From the NCBI GenBank assembly GCA_964304625.1, contig OZ199840.1, positions 2,867,828 through 2,931,827 of the forward strand: a stretch of DNA of 64,000 nt, in the 5' to 3' direction. Origin of the DNA: Kudoa neothunni. Its lineage: Eukaryota; Animalia; Cnidaria. Of the stretch, positions 13,644-27,788 are shown piece by piece (positions within the stretch are counted from its first letter, which is position 1; every line of letters starts with the position of its first letter). The notes below the pieces were generated by a model. It did no database searches. It saw only the letters and a list, made by a program, of their open reading frames with translations, and was not told the origin of the DNA. The translations under genes were made by a program, and so were the position numbers.

Positions 13644-14395
13644 ATGACAGATAATTCGTTATTATATCAAGGTGCCGAATCAAAAATACTTATTTCTACA
13701 TATGAATCGATTCCTTGTGTTGTAAAATATCGATTTGAAAAAGCATATCGGATCCAAGAATTGGATATTAAAATTAGACGTGCTGCCTTTAAAAGAGAGG
13801 TGAAAGCTTTGAAAAAATGTTTAGAAAATGGAATTCTAGTACCTAAAGTATATGGAACTGATGATCGAAATTTGTAATTATTCACAAATAATTTGTGAGA
13901 TTTTGTCAAAAAATAAACATTTTTAGCAAAATATACATGGAATATTTCGATAATTGTATGAGTTTGAAAGATTATTTTCTAACTGAACCAAATATGCCCG
14001 ATTGTATCAAAGTGCTAGACCGATTGGCCCATGTTTTGTTCAAAATTCATTCTATTGATATCATCCATGGTGACATAACTACCTCGAATATATTCATAAA
14101 CGGCGACGAGGATAAAATTATTATTTTGGATTTCGGTCTGTCTCAAACTTCCAGCACAGATGAAGATCGAGCTGTGGATCTCTACGTTTTTCGACGTTCA
14201 CTATCAGCTTCGTTGACTTTGGAACCAACCCTAAAGGAATCATTGTTTTCATCGTTTATGAATACTTACAATAATCATATGAACGCTTTTGATGTCTCTC
14301 AGAAACAACTCAATCCAAAACATCGTCTTAATCAAGTTACAACCAAGTTGATGGAGGTGGAAAGACGTGGACGAAAGCGTGATATGATTGGTTGA
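13644..14395 (+). CDS. TP53RK: KEOPS kinase TP53RK/Bud32 (2 exons)
   Basis: QGAES, VKYRFEKAYR, IYMEY, IIHGDITTSN, LDFGLS, EDRAVDLYV, RGRKRDMIG*; one GT-AG intron at ~13874-13926. Confidence 0.96.
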
Positions 14396-14833
14396 TAGAT
14401 AATTGCTTGATGTCTAGTATGCTTCTTTTTTTATTTGTTTTTTTGTTTGTATTTTCCAATAAGAAAATTAATTTTTATTATATTTATAATTCGCGTATTT
14501 CCACCTCTGCCTAATTATATCGGATTGATAATTAACACTCTAAATATACCATATTAAATAAAGCTCCACCAAGTTCCCTATACCTTTAATAAAATTATGA
14601 ATTTAATTTTTTTTATTCGCTTAAAGCATATTTATTTATAGAGAAATGGATTAGTCATATTTTTCAAGTGTTGCGGTAATTTGTATAACAAATAAACATT
14701 AGAAGAATAATTTATGCTCATATATATTTCGAACTTTTTTTATATTGTAAAATACATTAATATATTACCGACTTTTGCATCCAAACCTGATTAGTTGTAA
14801 TTTAAACTAGATCTAAATAAAGCGGCATTCAAG

Positions 14834-15808
14834 ATGCCAAGAAAAATGCATCATCCTGAAGAGAGCTCTTGCTTGTCATCTTGTCGTTAACAATTCCTAA
14901 GGCCAGAATGAAGTTTCCGAGAATCTAGGAATCCCAAGGTTAACATTAAGTGATTTGGCTAAAAAGATTATTAGACGAGAGATGAGAAATGTTATTTTAA
15001 CCCGACAACTTAAGTATTGCTTAATAAAATTACTTGAGGACAATTGCACTCTAACAATTCAGAGTGTAGTTAAAAAATTAGGTATCACAGTTTACACCTC
15101 CATTATGTGATGTGTAGGTGGCTCATAAAACTAAACTACACCTATAAAGTTGTGAGGCCAATACCTGTTAGTGTAAATATCCCTGACGTAAAACAAACGA
15201 GGAAACTTTACGCTAAGTGTTACATCGGAATTCCTATCGATGTAAGTTACAAGGATATAATTATTGTGGACGAGAGTCAATTTTCTCTCGACATTATGAG
15301 AGACAGTAATCGAGCTTTGTGAGGGAGAACTTCAATCGTCGTAATTTCAAATAATAAAAAATCAAATGTATAGATGATTCTCGCGGTGAAAGCAATTAAT
15401 GTTATTAGTGGTGAAGCCGTCATTGGCAACGTTAGTGGGAATATTTTCAAATTTTTTTTATAAAGTCTCCAGGTATCAACGGAGATGACCAAGACTAAAT
15501 TATTGTCATGGATATTGTTCGTTTTCATTCCTCTATCTCTAGATTTATTCAAGATTTTTGATAGTTCTCCCTACGAAATTCATTCGCTACCAAGGTATTC
15601 CCCCTTCCTCAACCCCTGTGAAGAGATATATGCCCAAATAATGGCAAATATCCGAAGAAATTTTCCATTTCAAGCTAGGGAAAATCGTCTGAATAGAATA
15701 AGAAACGCTTCGAACAAGGGGACTAAACATAATCTAAATGGTTATCTTCAGCATTCGGAGACATTCTTTGGTCAATGTTTTTCTCTTATAGATAGCAACC
15801 TTAATTAG
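14834..15808 (+). pseudogene. Decayed Tc1/IS630-like DDE transposase
   Basis: Broken frames containing IIIVDESQF and LPRYSPFLNPCEE; followed by a (TA)n tract. Confidence 0.8.
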
Positions 15809-16604
15809 ATTAATATATATATATATATATATATGGCACTTATACACATAAAATACTCTTATTTATCTGGTGTTATTAAATCAATAGAAAAAATTTCCAT
15901 TAACCGCAAGCTAAGGTATTCCCATTTTATTGCAAAAACCAGTATACTAATTTTAAGAAATAAGATGTAATGGGATAATTATAAAGTGCTCAAAATTAAA
16001 CAAACTTTTCTTGAATGCGCACACGGAGACGAATTTTCGCTTTGTGATATTATTACATACATATCATTTATTAATCCTCCCAAAGGTGTCAAATAATCAT
16101 TGTTTACCAGAACCCCTATTTTTGTGGAAAATAACAATGCACCCACGCGAGTACTAATACAACAACCTTTCCCAACTAGAGGTGCGAAATTCAATTCTAA
16201 CAGGAAGTATTTCCTGAGAAATCTTGAATCAGCTACGCCTTGTCGTATATATAATTACATAGAAAGGACGCAGATTTCCTGTTCTCGTTCAAAAGAGATG
16301 AGAGCCCAAATCGAGTTGAAAATTGCTGACCTAGAGGGTTAAAAACCTTTAGATAAAAGATTTATCGAAGACTAACAAATACACACAGCGACAAGCTAAT
16401 AAACTATTCCAATGAGTTAGTATAACTTTAACGAATTAGTAAATACGGTTCACAAAATTATTATATTATGATAGATTCAAGCACCTTCTGGTTTATAAAA
16501 GTACATTTTATGACAAATATATGCAGACAGAAAGAGCACTGAACAGATTAATCAATGAACAGCGAGAATATAACGAAATAAAGAATAAAAAAATATAATA
16601 AATG

Positions 16605-18428
16605 TTAATTTGATTTTGGTTTGATTCTCCAAGAGTCGATCGGTATATGTTGTAGACTGTTAAATGACTGGCTCAAAAATTTATACCAAAACAATCCAAA
16701 CAACAAGCAAACAACTAACTGAATATAAAAGCCATCAACAATGAAGATGCAATTAGAGGATGACGAATTTTCATCACATTTTTTAATAGTGAACAGATCA
16801 ACAGTTAAAAGAACAAGAGAATTCGGCCATTTAGTTCCAAGATTACATACAGTATTTAAGAGAGTCATTTGGGCTCCGCCATAAACAGGATCAGAAATTC
16901 GGGCAAAAAATCCCATCGAACTCACATACATCACATATAATGGTATCTACAGTAATTATAAAATTAACCATCTCAAATCTCACCCATTCTCAAACTTACT
17001 TGATGAACTATAAAGGCAATCAATACCAGGCCAAGATACCAATTAGGGAAAGGATACGAACCATGACTGTTGGACGAGGATGCATATGAGTGGTTGTCTA
17101 CGGTTTTTATTTGGTTGGCCATCCACACTAATGTGAACGAAACCAACGCAAACCCCAATCTAACGGGATACACTTTTGATTGTATAGTTAGAGGGCCATG
17201 CATTGAAATGTATTTATCCAACAGAAATGGTAGTAACAACTGAAGAACTATGATAGGTAGCGACATGAGTACAAGAATATTTTTGTCTAACCCTATTTCA
17301 ATCAGTTTCTTGCTGGTGAGTGCATCCATGGCTGCAAATCCTATCTACAAACAATAAATCACATCCACAATCAAAATATTATTACTTTATAGAATAGCAA
17401 ATGAAACATGAGTGATTTGATAGGAGACAGGTTGAGGTATTTCCATAGAGAAATGTAGGAATTTTTAACCTTTCCAAACGAATTGAGAGATACATCCGCG
17501 CTTTTAGAATGATGATCAACATCGCACTCATCCACATGAAATGCAATAATCAAAGTAGTGGCAAGGAAGCAACAACCAAAAATATTAAAAAGTTGGGATT
17601 CGGTAAACAATTTTTGATTGTTCGAAATGAAATAAAGATATTTGGAACAGAAACTTTCCGAGGACAACAGCAGAAATGCCAAATTTGCAATAACATAGCC
17701 TAGTGTTTGGCCAACAGAGTTACAGATTGAAGCCATGTGGACATTCCCCTGTTCAAATATGGCTAACGCCCAACCATCTACTGCGATATCTTGAGTGGCT
17801 GCCAATGTCATAGTCAATGTCAAAACACTAACGAACCATATCACAGTTGAACTTTGGTGCACATTTTCCATCACAAAATCTATCTCTCGAGAGAGATAGA
17901 AAAACAACAACCCAAGGACCAACTGAACGGGGATAAGCCAGGACTTTCGTCGTCCAACTCTTTTCGAATAGAAAGAATCAACAATCGGAGCCCAAATTAG
18001 TTTTACACTGAATGGCCAAAATGCCAAACTTAACAATCCCAAACTTTTGTAGCTTGCTCCTTTCAACTAAAATAATTAAATTTTACATTTCTCGTTACAC
18101 TCTTGCTTTAGCACAAATTAGTTGATTTAATTTACCTGCATTACAATAGAAAAGGCTTCAATCATACCAATCGGGAAACCTTGGCATGTGTATAAGATGA
18201 TAAGAAATATGATGTTGTATGTGGCTAATAGACGAAAAAAATAATTGCAATTTGCGTACTAATGTAATGTGTGAATTTACACGAATGTGATGATTGGACT
18301 GTGGATCGTTTTTCAGAAGTTACAGGGCGATTTTCGATCAGTTTCACTCCATCAATATCATTCAGTTGATGTATTTCATCGATTATATGCAACGAAGACA
18401 AATTTTCTTCAATAGCATCAAAACCCAT
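16605..18428 (-). CDS. SLC33A1: Acetyl-CoA transporter 1 (MFS), 5 exons
   Basis: LYTCQGFPIG, WPFSVKLIWAPIVDS, GRRKSWLIPVQ, LAATQDIAVDGWAL, ASICNSVGQTLG, FFARISDPVYGGAQMTLLNTVCNLGTKWP, VDGFY; all junctions GT-AG and in phase. Confidence 0.96.
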
Positions 18429-20446
18429 GAGAACAAAATTTGAATGACGAAGCTTATATACTACTGCGTTTAGGATGTGCGCATACATTGAATAAGCTTA
18501 AGGTGAGTGGGGAGACAATAACTCCCGATGTCGACATGTCGATTTAATCATAGCGACATCGTGCCTTATACTAAGGTTACACACTGTATGGCCAGTTCAC
18601 GCATGTCCTGTATCGCATGTCTTTTCGAGGGCAGTGTATGCTGTAACTTTTCTCAGTATAAATATTACTTATTTCCTATTTTATTTAATTAAAACTTTTT
18701 GTTTTATTTTCTACTACTATTTTAAATCAAAATACTCTATTGAATATGTCATGATGAGCCGTTAAATTTCTTACAAACAATAATATTCAGGTAAACTTAT
18801 TTTTACTTGTATTTAATTAATTTTATTCTATTTGAGTGTAGTTTTGAGGCAGAATAAATACAGTGGAAATAAAAAGTTACTATAAATTAACTGTTTTTAT
18901 CAGCTATAAATGGAAGTTTTTAAGAATGAAAAATCCGTACACACACGGATTTCCGGTTTGCTTTATATAGTAAATTTATAACAATTCAGAAAGTTCAAAT
19001 TCTCAACAAAATTTTTGTCAACAAATGTCATCAACTCACAGGAAAATATGAAAATTTATTTTAAAGTGATTTGTAAATAATAATAATGGTTTGATATAAT
19101 CGATATGCTTACATCGATCAAAATTTTTGTGTGTACGCATCAAATTTGGAGTCAACTTTTTTTAAATGTTTAAAGCTGTAGGTTCTCAAAAATTCACAAT
19201 CAATTGTTATTCCGTATCTAAAAATATTTTAAAAAAAAAGCTTTTTAAAAATTTAAAATTTCTCAAGGTTTAATATGTATTTTTATAGTAGATATATTAT
19301 ATAATAACAATTAATGACAATAATGATTTCTTAGACAATAAACGACAAAAATTTCTGTACAACTTTTTTAAACTAAGAAAAACAATATTTTCGCTAAATC
19401 TTTTATAAAAAAATGTAACGATTATACATAAAAATAAGTTATATTGTTTAAAATGTCGCTATTATGAATTTTTAAACGCATATCATAATGTTATAATTTT
19501 CTAAGATTATTTTTAATTTTTTTTTAAATAAATACAAATCAGTATAACCTTTTAAGATTATTCTGGAGACACAAGACGAAGTAATACAATATGTATCAAT
19601 AAGTGCATAATTATTATACGAACAATAAATTTTATGTTGAATTTAAAAATTTCAAGCTTATTACTACCTACAATCATGTGATTTTGTGATTTATTCTTAT
19701 GTAAAAGGTATCATAATACTGATCGTATTTTTGGGATATATTTCTTTAATTTTCCAATTTCAATCGAATCTTCTTATTAGAGTCTATATTATAGATATGA
19801 CAGACAATTTTTTCAATAGTATGAATTTCAGAGAACTTGGTTCTTAATCTTCCGATGCACTTCCAATTTTGGCACTTCTAATATTATGTGTTTGTTGAAT
19901 GATTCTTTTTGTATATTACTCATTAAATCAACGAAAATTATTATTTCTTTTTTTTAATACTAAAGTTTTTATTCCTAATATTGCTTATTTTTCAAATGTT
20001 TTCCTTAGTTGCGCACGCACGTCCGAAATTTCGTCATATCGTATAATTTATTAAAATTAGTTTGAATTTTGTTTCACATAGATATAAATTAATTTAACAT
20101 TTTAAAAGTATTTGGGGGGAAATATTCAAAATTGAGCGCCAAGGAGGTGCAATTTTTTCTTTTGCTCATTTAAAATTTAAATGATCGTTAAGTGTGAAAA
20201 GGTTAAAAATAAATCTTTATTGGATATTTCCTGAATAATCATAATAAGTATAATTTTTTAATTATAGCTAATACTTTCTGAAGTACATTAAAACAAATTC
20301 TTTTCGAAACAAAAATGTTATTTTTATTAAAAAGTTTGATATTTAATATATATATTTCAAAATTTTGACGCTGAAAAGAAACAAAATTTCAGAAAATAAA
20401 ATTAACAATTATTCCAAAATTATTAATTTTAGGAGTAAAAATATCT

Positions 20447-21917
20447 TTACAGCACACAAAGCACACTGATAGGAATAAACATGCATAATGCACCGCAAAA
20501 TGAGCCAAGTTGGATAAATATACTGCATATGAGCATTCTTTCTGGATTGCATGAACCAGCTATGGTACAAACGATTTGACGTACTGCGCTTGATATATGT
20601 CCATGTAGGATAAAGGCAAAAATCTAAAAAGCTAATTAAAGCCAGTCAATGTATATTGTTACCATACCAACAAAGGTTTTAATACATCGGTACCGCCCTC
20701 ATAATTATATTTTGGCAGTAAAATCGAAACCAGCACAAATATCGTTATTAAAACTGACCCGAGGGAGTAAGTCAGAAGCCCCCAATGATTACGGAACATT
20801 TTCCACATCAATATCACACTTGTTATTGCACTGGATAGAAGAGATAAATTACTACCTGAATTAATTAAAAATAAACATATTGAATAAACTCAATAAAAAC
20901 AAAAATACATAAAAACACAACTTTTCCTGTATAGTGAGGGAATAGCAGAGGTAAAAGTTGAACAATAACGCCGTTACTGATAAAGGAAACAATTGTAAGA
21001 GACACCAAATAAGATAAAAAAATTCGATCAATAGTTTTCCATTCTGAATGAAGTTTTCTGAACAAACCGGCAAGTTCTACCTTTCTAGGTTGAGATTTTC
21101 TTTCATCTACGTATACCTTGTAGCATTTATTCATTTTGCTGCTGAAATATTCGGCGTAGGCAATAACAAGAAATGCCACCAGTGAAAACACCAGCAATAT
21201 AGCAATAATAATAAAATAGGTCCTAGTGAGAAATCTCTTTCCATCAATTATTTGGGTGGTAGTGCCCGGAGTTTGAGTGGGATCGTTTCTACTGCAAAAC
21301 AATGTATTTTGAGGGTACTTTTTTATAGTGGTTGAATTGACCGCATCTATACCTTGTATAAAAGCTAGAATGCCAGGTATTAGGCTGGAAAGACTTTGGC
21401 CAACAAAGAATGCAGAAAGATATGTATACGGAAACAACGACATGTATGGTAAAAATGTCAATGTGGAAGTAGTATCTGCTGCAGCAAGAATAAAGCAATT
21501 AAGAAGAACGGGCAAGCCAATTGCTTTATTATTCTCCAAAACAACAGCTTTATCGTAGGTGAATGCCAACGAAAACATACTACCAACACCAACACATAGG
21601 ATGATAATAATGAGAGGTCTTTCGTGGAAAATATTAGGTTTCAATTTTCGAGCTATCACATACAGTATTGGGAAAATATTTCCAATCTGTATCAACATAG
21701 CTATGTACGAACCAATATCTCTACCCTCTGGAAGACGGCTTACTAACACACTGTACTGACTGAAAACCGAGTTGATATCAATCCAAGAGCCCCATCCAAA
21801 AACAACCACCAAAAAATACAACAGTAAGTTCACTTTAGGTGAAGCTTGTTGTTGTATATCGTTGTCATTATCTGTTCTTGATGTAACGTTAAGGTTTTTT
21901 TGTTCGTCAGTTTCCAT
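20447..21917 (-). CDS. SLC52-family riboflavin transporter, 3 exons
   Basis: FGWGSWIDINSVF, LPEG, IQIGNIFP, DTTSTLTFLPYM, FFVGQSLSSLIP, SNGV, IQLGSFCGALCMF; two in-phase GT-AG introns. Confidence 0.92.
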
Positions 21918-23021
21918 TGAAACACTTTGTACTACTTAATCTTGACAAAGAGGATCCTAATTAAAACAGATTTATAAAAATATCAGCAATAATGAAACTA
22001 TCATAACTTTATGCATATACATGCACACTAAAATATTAAATTAAGAATAATTTTAAATTATCTCTACATTTGTAATTAATTTTCTCAATTTTAACATTAA
22101 GTAGAATAAGCATTATACGTCTAATAACTTTTGCTTCACCTTATAATAAACATTCTTACACTTTAAAACTTTTAAATACGAGATATTCACTTAATTGGAT
22201 ATAATTTAACAAAAATCTAAGCATTTTTATCTATATTTGACCTATAGGAAAAATATTGGTTAGATTTAAATACATAATCAGTAAGTTTTTCATCCCATTA
22301 CCTAAAACTGCTCAGAGGGTCTTTATTTTAGATGAGTCATCATGTTTCCGACAATGCAATCTCTTAAGGGGAAATTACAACGACTAAGATATTCAACAAT
22401 TGTATATTTGTATCTCAATTCGCTTTTCGATTTTATTATAGTAAGCAATTGTCTCTAATCCATTACATTAAGAAAATTAAATAAATCAGTTGTTAATTAA
22501 ATTTACGACTACCGAATAAATAATCATTTGTAGAATTGTTAAAGCTTAGATTATTTTTGTATAATAATAAAGATCTAACTCTAATCTAAAACATAACATC
22601 TATATCTTACGTTCGTTTTATAAAACCACTACTCGTATTAAAAATTAAGTCGACAATTTTTACAAGGCTTAAATTAAGTTGATTTTTTTCTCAAAATTTC
22701 AAAAAACCGCATTTAATATATAAATAATTCTATTATTTGTGTAAATTTGACTTTAAAAGGTAAATAAAATAATAAATCTGCCAATATTGTTACCTTAGCA
22801 ACGATCGTTAAATCAGGAGAAAACAAATAAAATTATGATAGGTGAACAGCTGGTTTATATAGAAAATAATTACCGAATGAATTTACTTTCACTTTTTACC
22901 CAGTCCAATAAAAAACCCCAGCCTGTACAGAATAAACGATATGAATAGTTCAAATGCGTGCGCCGTTAGATCATACTTGAACGTCTATCTTATTTTAACC
23001 GTTATAAAATGAGCATGCGCA

Positions 23022-24282
23022 ATGCTTGAAAAAACTAAGCCTTTCTGTATTTTTACTGACAATTTAGTGGATTCGCCACAAAATATTGGCAAATATTATA
23101 ACGGATGTGAATGGGCACCCGATGGGTCATGTCTTATGACATCATCAAGCGATAATATTTTACGAATATATGACACGCCAGTAATTAATGAAGAGCTTTT
23201 CGACAGTAAAATGTCATATCAATGGAAAGCATCCGTTGAAATTGCTCAAAGCGAATCAATATACGATGCCCAGTGGTATCCCCTAATGAAATCAACTGAG
23301 CCCGCTACGTGTTTTCTAGCTACCACCTCCAGAGATCAACCAATTCAATTGGTTGATGCATATTGTGGCAAAAAAATCCACTCTTTTCTTTGCCAAGGCA
23401 CTAATCAGTGTGTAGTTAATCCGATCTCCCTCCAATTTACCCCAGATGGCTGCAGTTTAGTAGCTGGGTTCAAAAAAGAAATTAGGTTTTTTGATGTAAT
23501 CACTAATTTATGTTCAACTAAATAAGACCAAATTTAGTTGATTAATCTTAAAGCAGCCGGTAACATGAGTACTGTGAATAAAAACAATTCCTTGAATAGT
23601 TTGATTTCGACGATTTCGTTTGATAAAGAGACATTTGAATCGAATGGATTGGTTGCATGTGGATCCTATGACTCTAAAGTGGCCATATATGACTACTATA
23701 GTGGGGATTGTGCTGTTTTATTTGATTTGAAAAAAGATATTTCTACGCTCAGTAAGACAACAGACAATGTCACAATTAGCAACCTTGGTTGTGGTGGTGT
23801 TACCAAGGTGAGATGAGGCTGTGTCTCATGTGTTTCTAATAGATAGTTGTTAGGTTTTGCTGTCAAATGGTGGCAGTTTGGTTACCTGTGGCACTAGAAA
23901 ATGTGATTGGATTGTTCAGTACGATATTCGTGTTGGTGATCGACCTTTGGCATTTTTCCAACGACACATCAACAATAATCAAAAGATTGCTTTTTGCTTT
24001 GATAGCGAATGCAATTTTATGTTATCAGGAGGAACCGATGGAAATTTGAATGTATGGAATACTCAAGATTGCCAGCTTATTAATTACCCCACATTACAAA
24101 TACCTATGCACTTTGGACCATTCACTGGATGTGCTTTTCATCCATGCTCCAAATTACTCGCTACAGCGTCTGGTTCTAGGATTTTCGATTACCCGGGTGA
24201 TGTGTTTATCGATAAAAATAACGATCAATTCTTTCTACCTGATGCGAGACTTTGCTTGTGGTATCTTGGAGATTTATCTTGA
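23022..24282 (+). CDS. WRAP53: Telomerase Cajal body protein 1 (WD40), 3 exons
   Basis: GCEWAPDGSCLMTSSSDNILRIY, ESIYDAQWYPLM, TSRDQPIQLVDA, GGVT, NNQKIAF, FHP...LATASGSRIF; in-phase GT-AG introns. Confidence 0.94.
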
Positions 24283-24719
24283 CCTATTTAGTCTTCTTGT
24301 TGTAAATTTTTGTAAATACGTAGAAGTTTTTTTTACATTTGCGTTAATTTTTGAATTTAATATAGTTATTTTAATTCACAAATTTGTATTTGGACAACTT
24401 ACTAAGTAAATAACGTATTTAATCTCTAACAAGGTTGGAGATTAGCTCCGCCATTTTGGATAGTAGGATCTATGTAAGATTAGAATTGGTATAATATGAT
24501 CTAAATATCAATGAAATTATCGATGCCTAAGTATTATTTAAATTAAATGATAAAAACTATTCTAAAGGCTATTAAATTTTGTTATAATACAAAATAAATG
24601 TACTCATGTTGCTAGGTAAATTAATTTTTATTCTTCAACTTAATTTTGATTTTTAAATTATTATTAATTTTTACCCGAAGATTACTAAAATATTAAGAGA
24701 ACAAAAGAATGGGGAAAAA

Positions 24720-24786
24720 TCTGGGATCTAATATACTCCAAATAGCACATTGTGTGTAGTCGATTTTATGGCGCTCGGAATGTTAA
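24720..24786. repeat. piggyBac-like right end repeated at ~39790-39855
   Basis: GGGATCTAATATACTCCAA...TAGTCGATTTTATGGCGCTCGGAATG|TTAA versus GGGGCCTAATATACCCCAA...TAGTCGATTTTAAAGCGCCCGGAAGA|TTAA. Confidence 0.65.
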
Positions 24787-26129
24787 TAAATGTCAAATTT
24801 GCACATTGGAATTTATGGTTATTGTGATTTGAGGTGAGAATAAATGAGCATTGATATCCTGAAAGATATAGTAAATTTGAGTTAAGAAACCAAGAGTGTT
24901 TTGAATTCTGGGATAATGACAATTTTTGAGTACGTGAGAATAACCACTTTGAGTAAGAAAGGAATAACACATAGTTTCTTGTCTTTTCGTAATTTAATTC
25001 ATCATTTGGGATTTTTTTAAAGACAAAACTAAATTAGTTCATACCCTTAAAGTTTGATATAATATAATTATTATTAAATAAAACATAATATCTCCTAATA
25101 ATAATTTTTGCTGGTTCAAAGGTTTGGTAATAATACAGCCCGTGGGACATGAAAACACCCCTTTGCGCACCTTGTTTGTCGCCAATTTTTACGATTCTAT
25201 TTAATCAAATAAATCTATGTGGAGTGCAAAAATTCAATATCGAGAAAAAATTTCTAAATTTTAACCAAATCTTACTTCGAGAAAAATTGTTCCCACGTGT
25301 AATCTCTCTTCTTTTTACAGACTTGCCTATTTCCTAAAAACGTCACGAAATTTAACACAATCGTCGATTAAAATCATTTAAGTTATTTTTTAACATAATT
25401 GTTAGATCAAATGGTAAGTTAAATGCTCTATATAGTGGTGTAATATTTTACAAATTTAACAATTCAATTTATTCATATCTCAATGGGTAAAATGTGCATA
25501 TGACTAATATGAATTGTGTAAAAATAATACGTTTAGTTTATAAATTTTATTACTGAATTTGTTTGAAAATTTGACCATGAAAAATAAAAATATTGTTTTC
25601 TTTCAAATTTTGGCATTTAATATGTTTATTATCTTCTAACAAAATTATAAGTTATTATATTTGTCATGAACAAATAAATAATGTACAGCTGTTATCAAAA
25701 TATAAAATAGACGATTTTAAAGGTTATGTAGATAAATCCATTGGAGGATGTAAATGTGTGTTACACACAATTTTGTTAGCTATTCTATTTGAGTAGTCGT
25801 AAAAAATTTAAAATGTTTATTTTAACATTTTTATCATTACTACTTACCTGTTTTTAAAAATCTCCGTATTAATGAATTTGAAAGAAAAATGACGTCGATG
25901 TCACTTAATTTTAGAGTTGATTTTTTAATGAAATTATGCGTCTGATATATTTTTTCATTTTACTTCTCTTTTATGAAATTCAGAAAATTTCAATTTGAAA
26001 ACATTAATATATCTAACAAATTCGAAAATAACTAACATATACTCATTTTAATAGCATTGCTCCATTATTGTTAATCAATTGAATTGGAGGTTTTTCCGTA
26101 GAGACAGTTTCGCATATTCGCAAAGAAGT

Positions 26130-26190
26130 TTAACGAAACATTTTTTTAAATTGGAAATTTGTCTGCGAGCCATAGGTTCCCGACCCCTGC
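26130..26190. repeat. hAT-MITE terminus repeated at 39852-39911
   Basis: AATTGGAAATTTGTnTGCGAGCCATAnGTTCCCGAnCCnTG occurs at both sites; ...GGTTCCCGACCCCTG is a typical hAT TIR. Confidence 0.7.
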
Positions 26191-27788
26191 TCTAAAGCAA
26201 AGAATCTCAACCGTTTTTTAATCTTTACCCCCTCGGCCTGATGAAAAATCCAAATATACTCTCTTAAATAGGAAGTTAAATTCGTGTCTACTTTAAGATA
26301 GTATACTTATTTAAGTATTACTAGGCTGGATCTCTAAAAGATAAACGAGACATAAAAGAAACTGATAATAATTTTATAGAAAATTGTTGGTATCAAATTC
26401 TGATGACACTTAATTTACTCTTGTTTGTTTAAAATTTACCCCTGGTTGAATAAGCATAACCTACTTTTTACATTATGTTAATTTGTTACGAGATAAAAAA
26501 TTTTCACAATTTGGCAAAAAAGATCGATCAATCATGCTCGCGATGTTGAAGAAGGAAATATTTCCAATCACTTCAACGCATGTTTCTCTTATAAAAATAA
26601 TTAATTATTTATATTGTAAGTGAATAGTATTATTTTTAGTCTCAACCTATATAATTCAATTATATTAACCCTCTATGTATATTATTGTATGCATGCGCTA
26701 TTAAATGCGTAAAACTTGATGTGATCAACATTGCACACTTTTTCCTCGGCCCTGAAGAAATTGCATCAAACCGATTAACTAGTGTATTGTTTTTGGAAAA
26801 ACAGGATTATCATTTAAATTTAATATCATTTTATTTACCCTGAGTTAGAACAAATATATCTTATCTATTAATATTTACTTATCACCGAGCCGAATTGTAT
26901 GTGTTAATGCGTTTATTTCCTCAGGAAGATTGAGATTATTGACGTAGAAATTTCGTACATCCCTGAATAACTTAGGCATATTAAACTACAAACTAGATGG
27001 CCTAAATTCATTGACACAATTTAATATGTATAATTATGTAATTATTTTAGTATTGTAACTCAATATTTCTCTAAATTAATACGTGTGATTTTGCACAAGA
27101 AGCGATTATCTTAACAGTCTCCTAAGGACCACAAAATAAGATGAATAAAACATGTTGATTCATGTGTTTTATGATTTCAGAAAGCAAACATTTTTTTAAA
27201 GCTAAAAATCAATAAAAAATATAATATTAACGAAAGCATTAGTGTGATACTTTGGGCTATGATAACAGAGATAATTATATGATAAAAAAATAAGTAATTT
27301 CAGTTCCAAGCTGTTTATGATGTTAAATCCCATATAAAAGTAAAAATAAATTATATTTTGGATATAAATAATTATACAATTAATCATTATACAAATAAAT
27401 TCACTATCACTATTATATAAAAACGGATATTATTCAATATTGTCTTTATTCGTAATATATATTTATTGATACTCTCTAGTTTTCTTGTTCTTTAATGACG
27501 TATAATCTAATAAAAAATTTAACCAACAATTTTTTGTCTCCTTACATAAATCTTACTAATTTTAAATACTTAACACAAGGATAATGCGATTATCACCATG
27601 AAAACATTGGACTATTACTCTTCTATATAAGAATAACATACATTAAATTAAATTAAAATTTATATTAAATATAAAAAAAATACCACCCTTATTATATGTA
27701 CGTTTAATTTGGTTATAATTATTAAAAAGGAGTAAGTATCGATAGAACCCGAGTGGAACTTAATTATTGGAAAATATAAAATCATTTG

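Noticed and set aside
16100-16342. 80-aa ORF as a gene
   Set aside because: No recognisable motif, it starts at TTG, and it ends in an AGAGGG|TTAA transposon-like terminus.
18560-18580. TGCCTTATACTAAGG resembling the U12 snRNA 5' end
   Set aside because: The branch-point-binding sequence and Sm site are absent, and no U12-type introns were seen.
20856-20930. Apparent GA-AG intron in the SLC52 gene
   Set aside because: A canonical phase-1 GT donor after ...KVVFL restores both frame and alignment.
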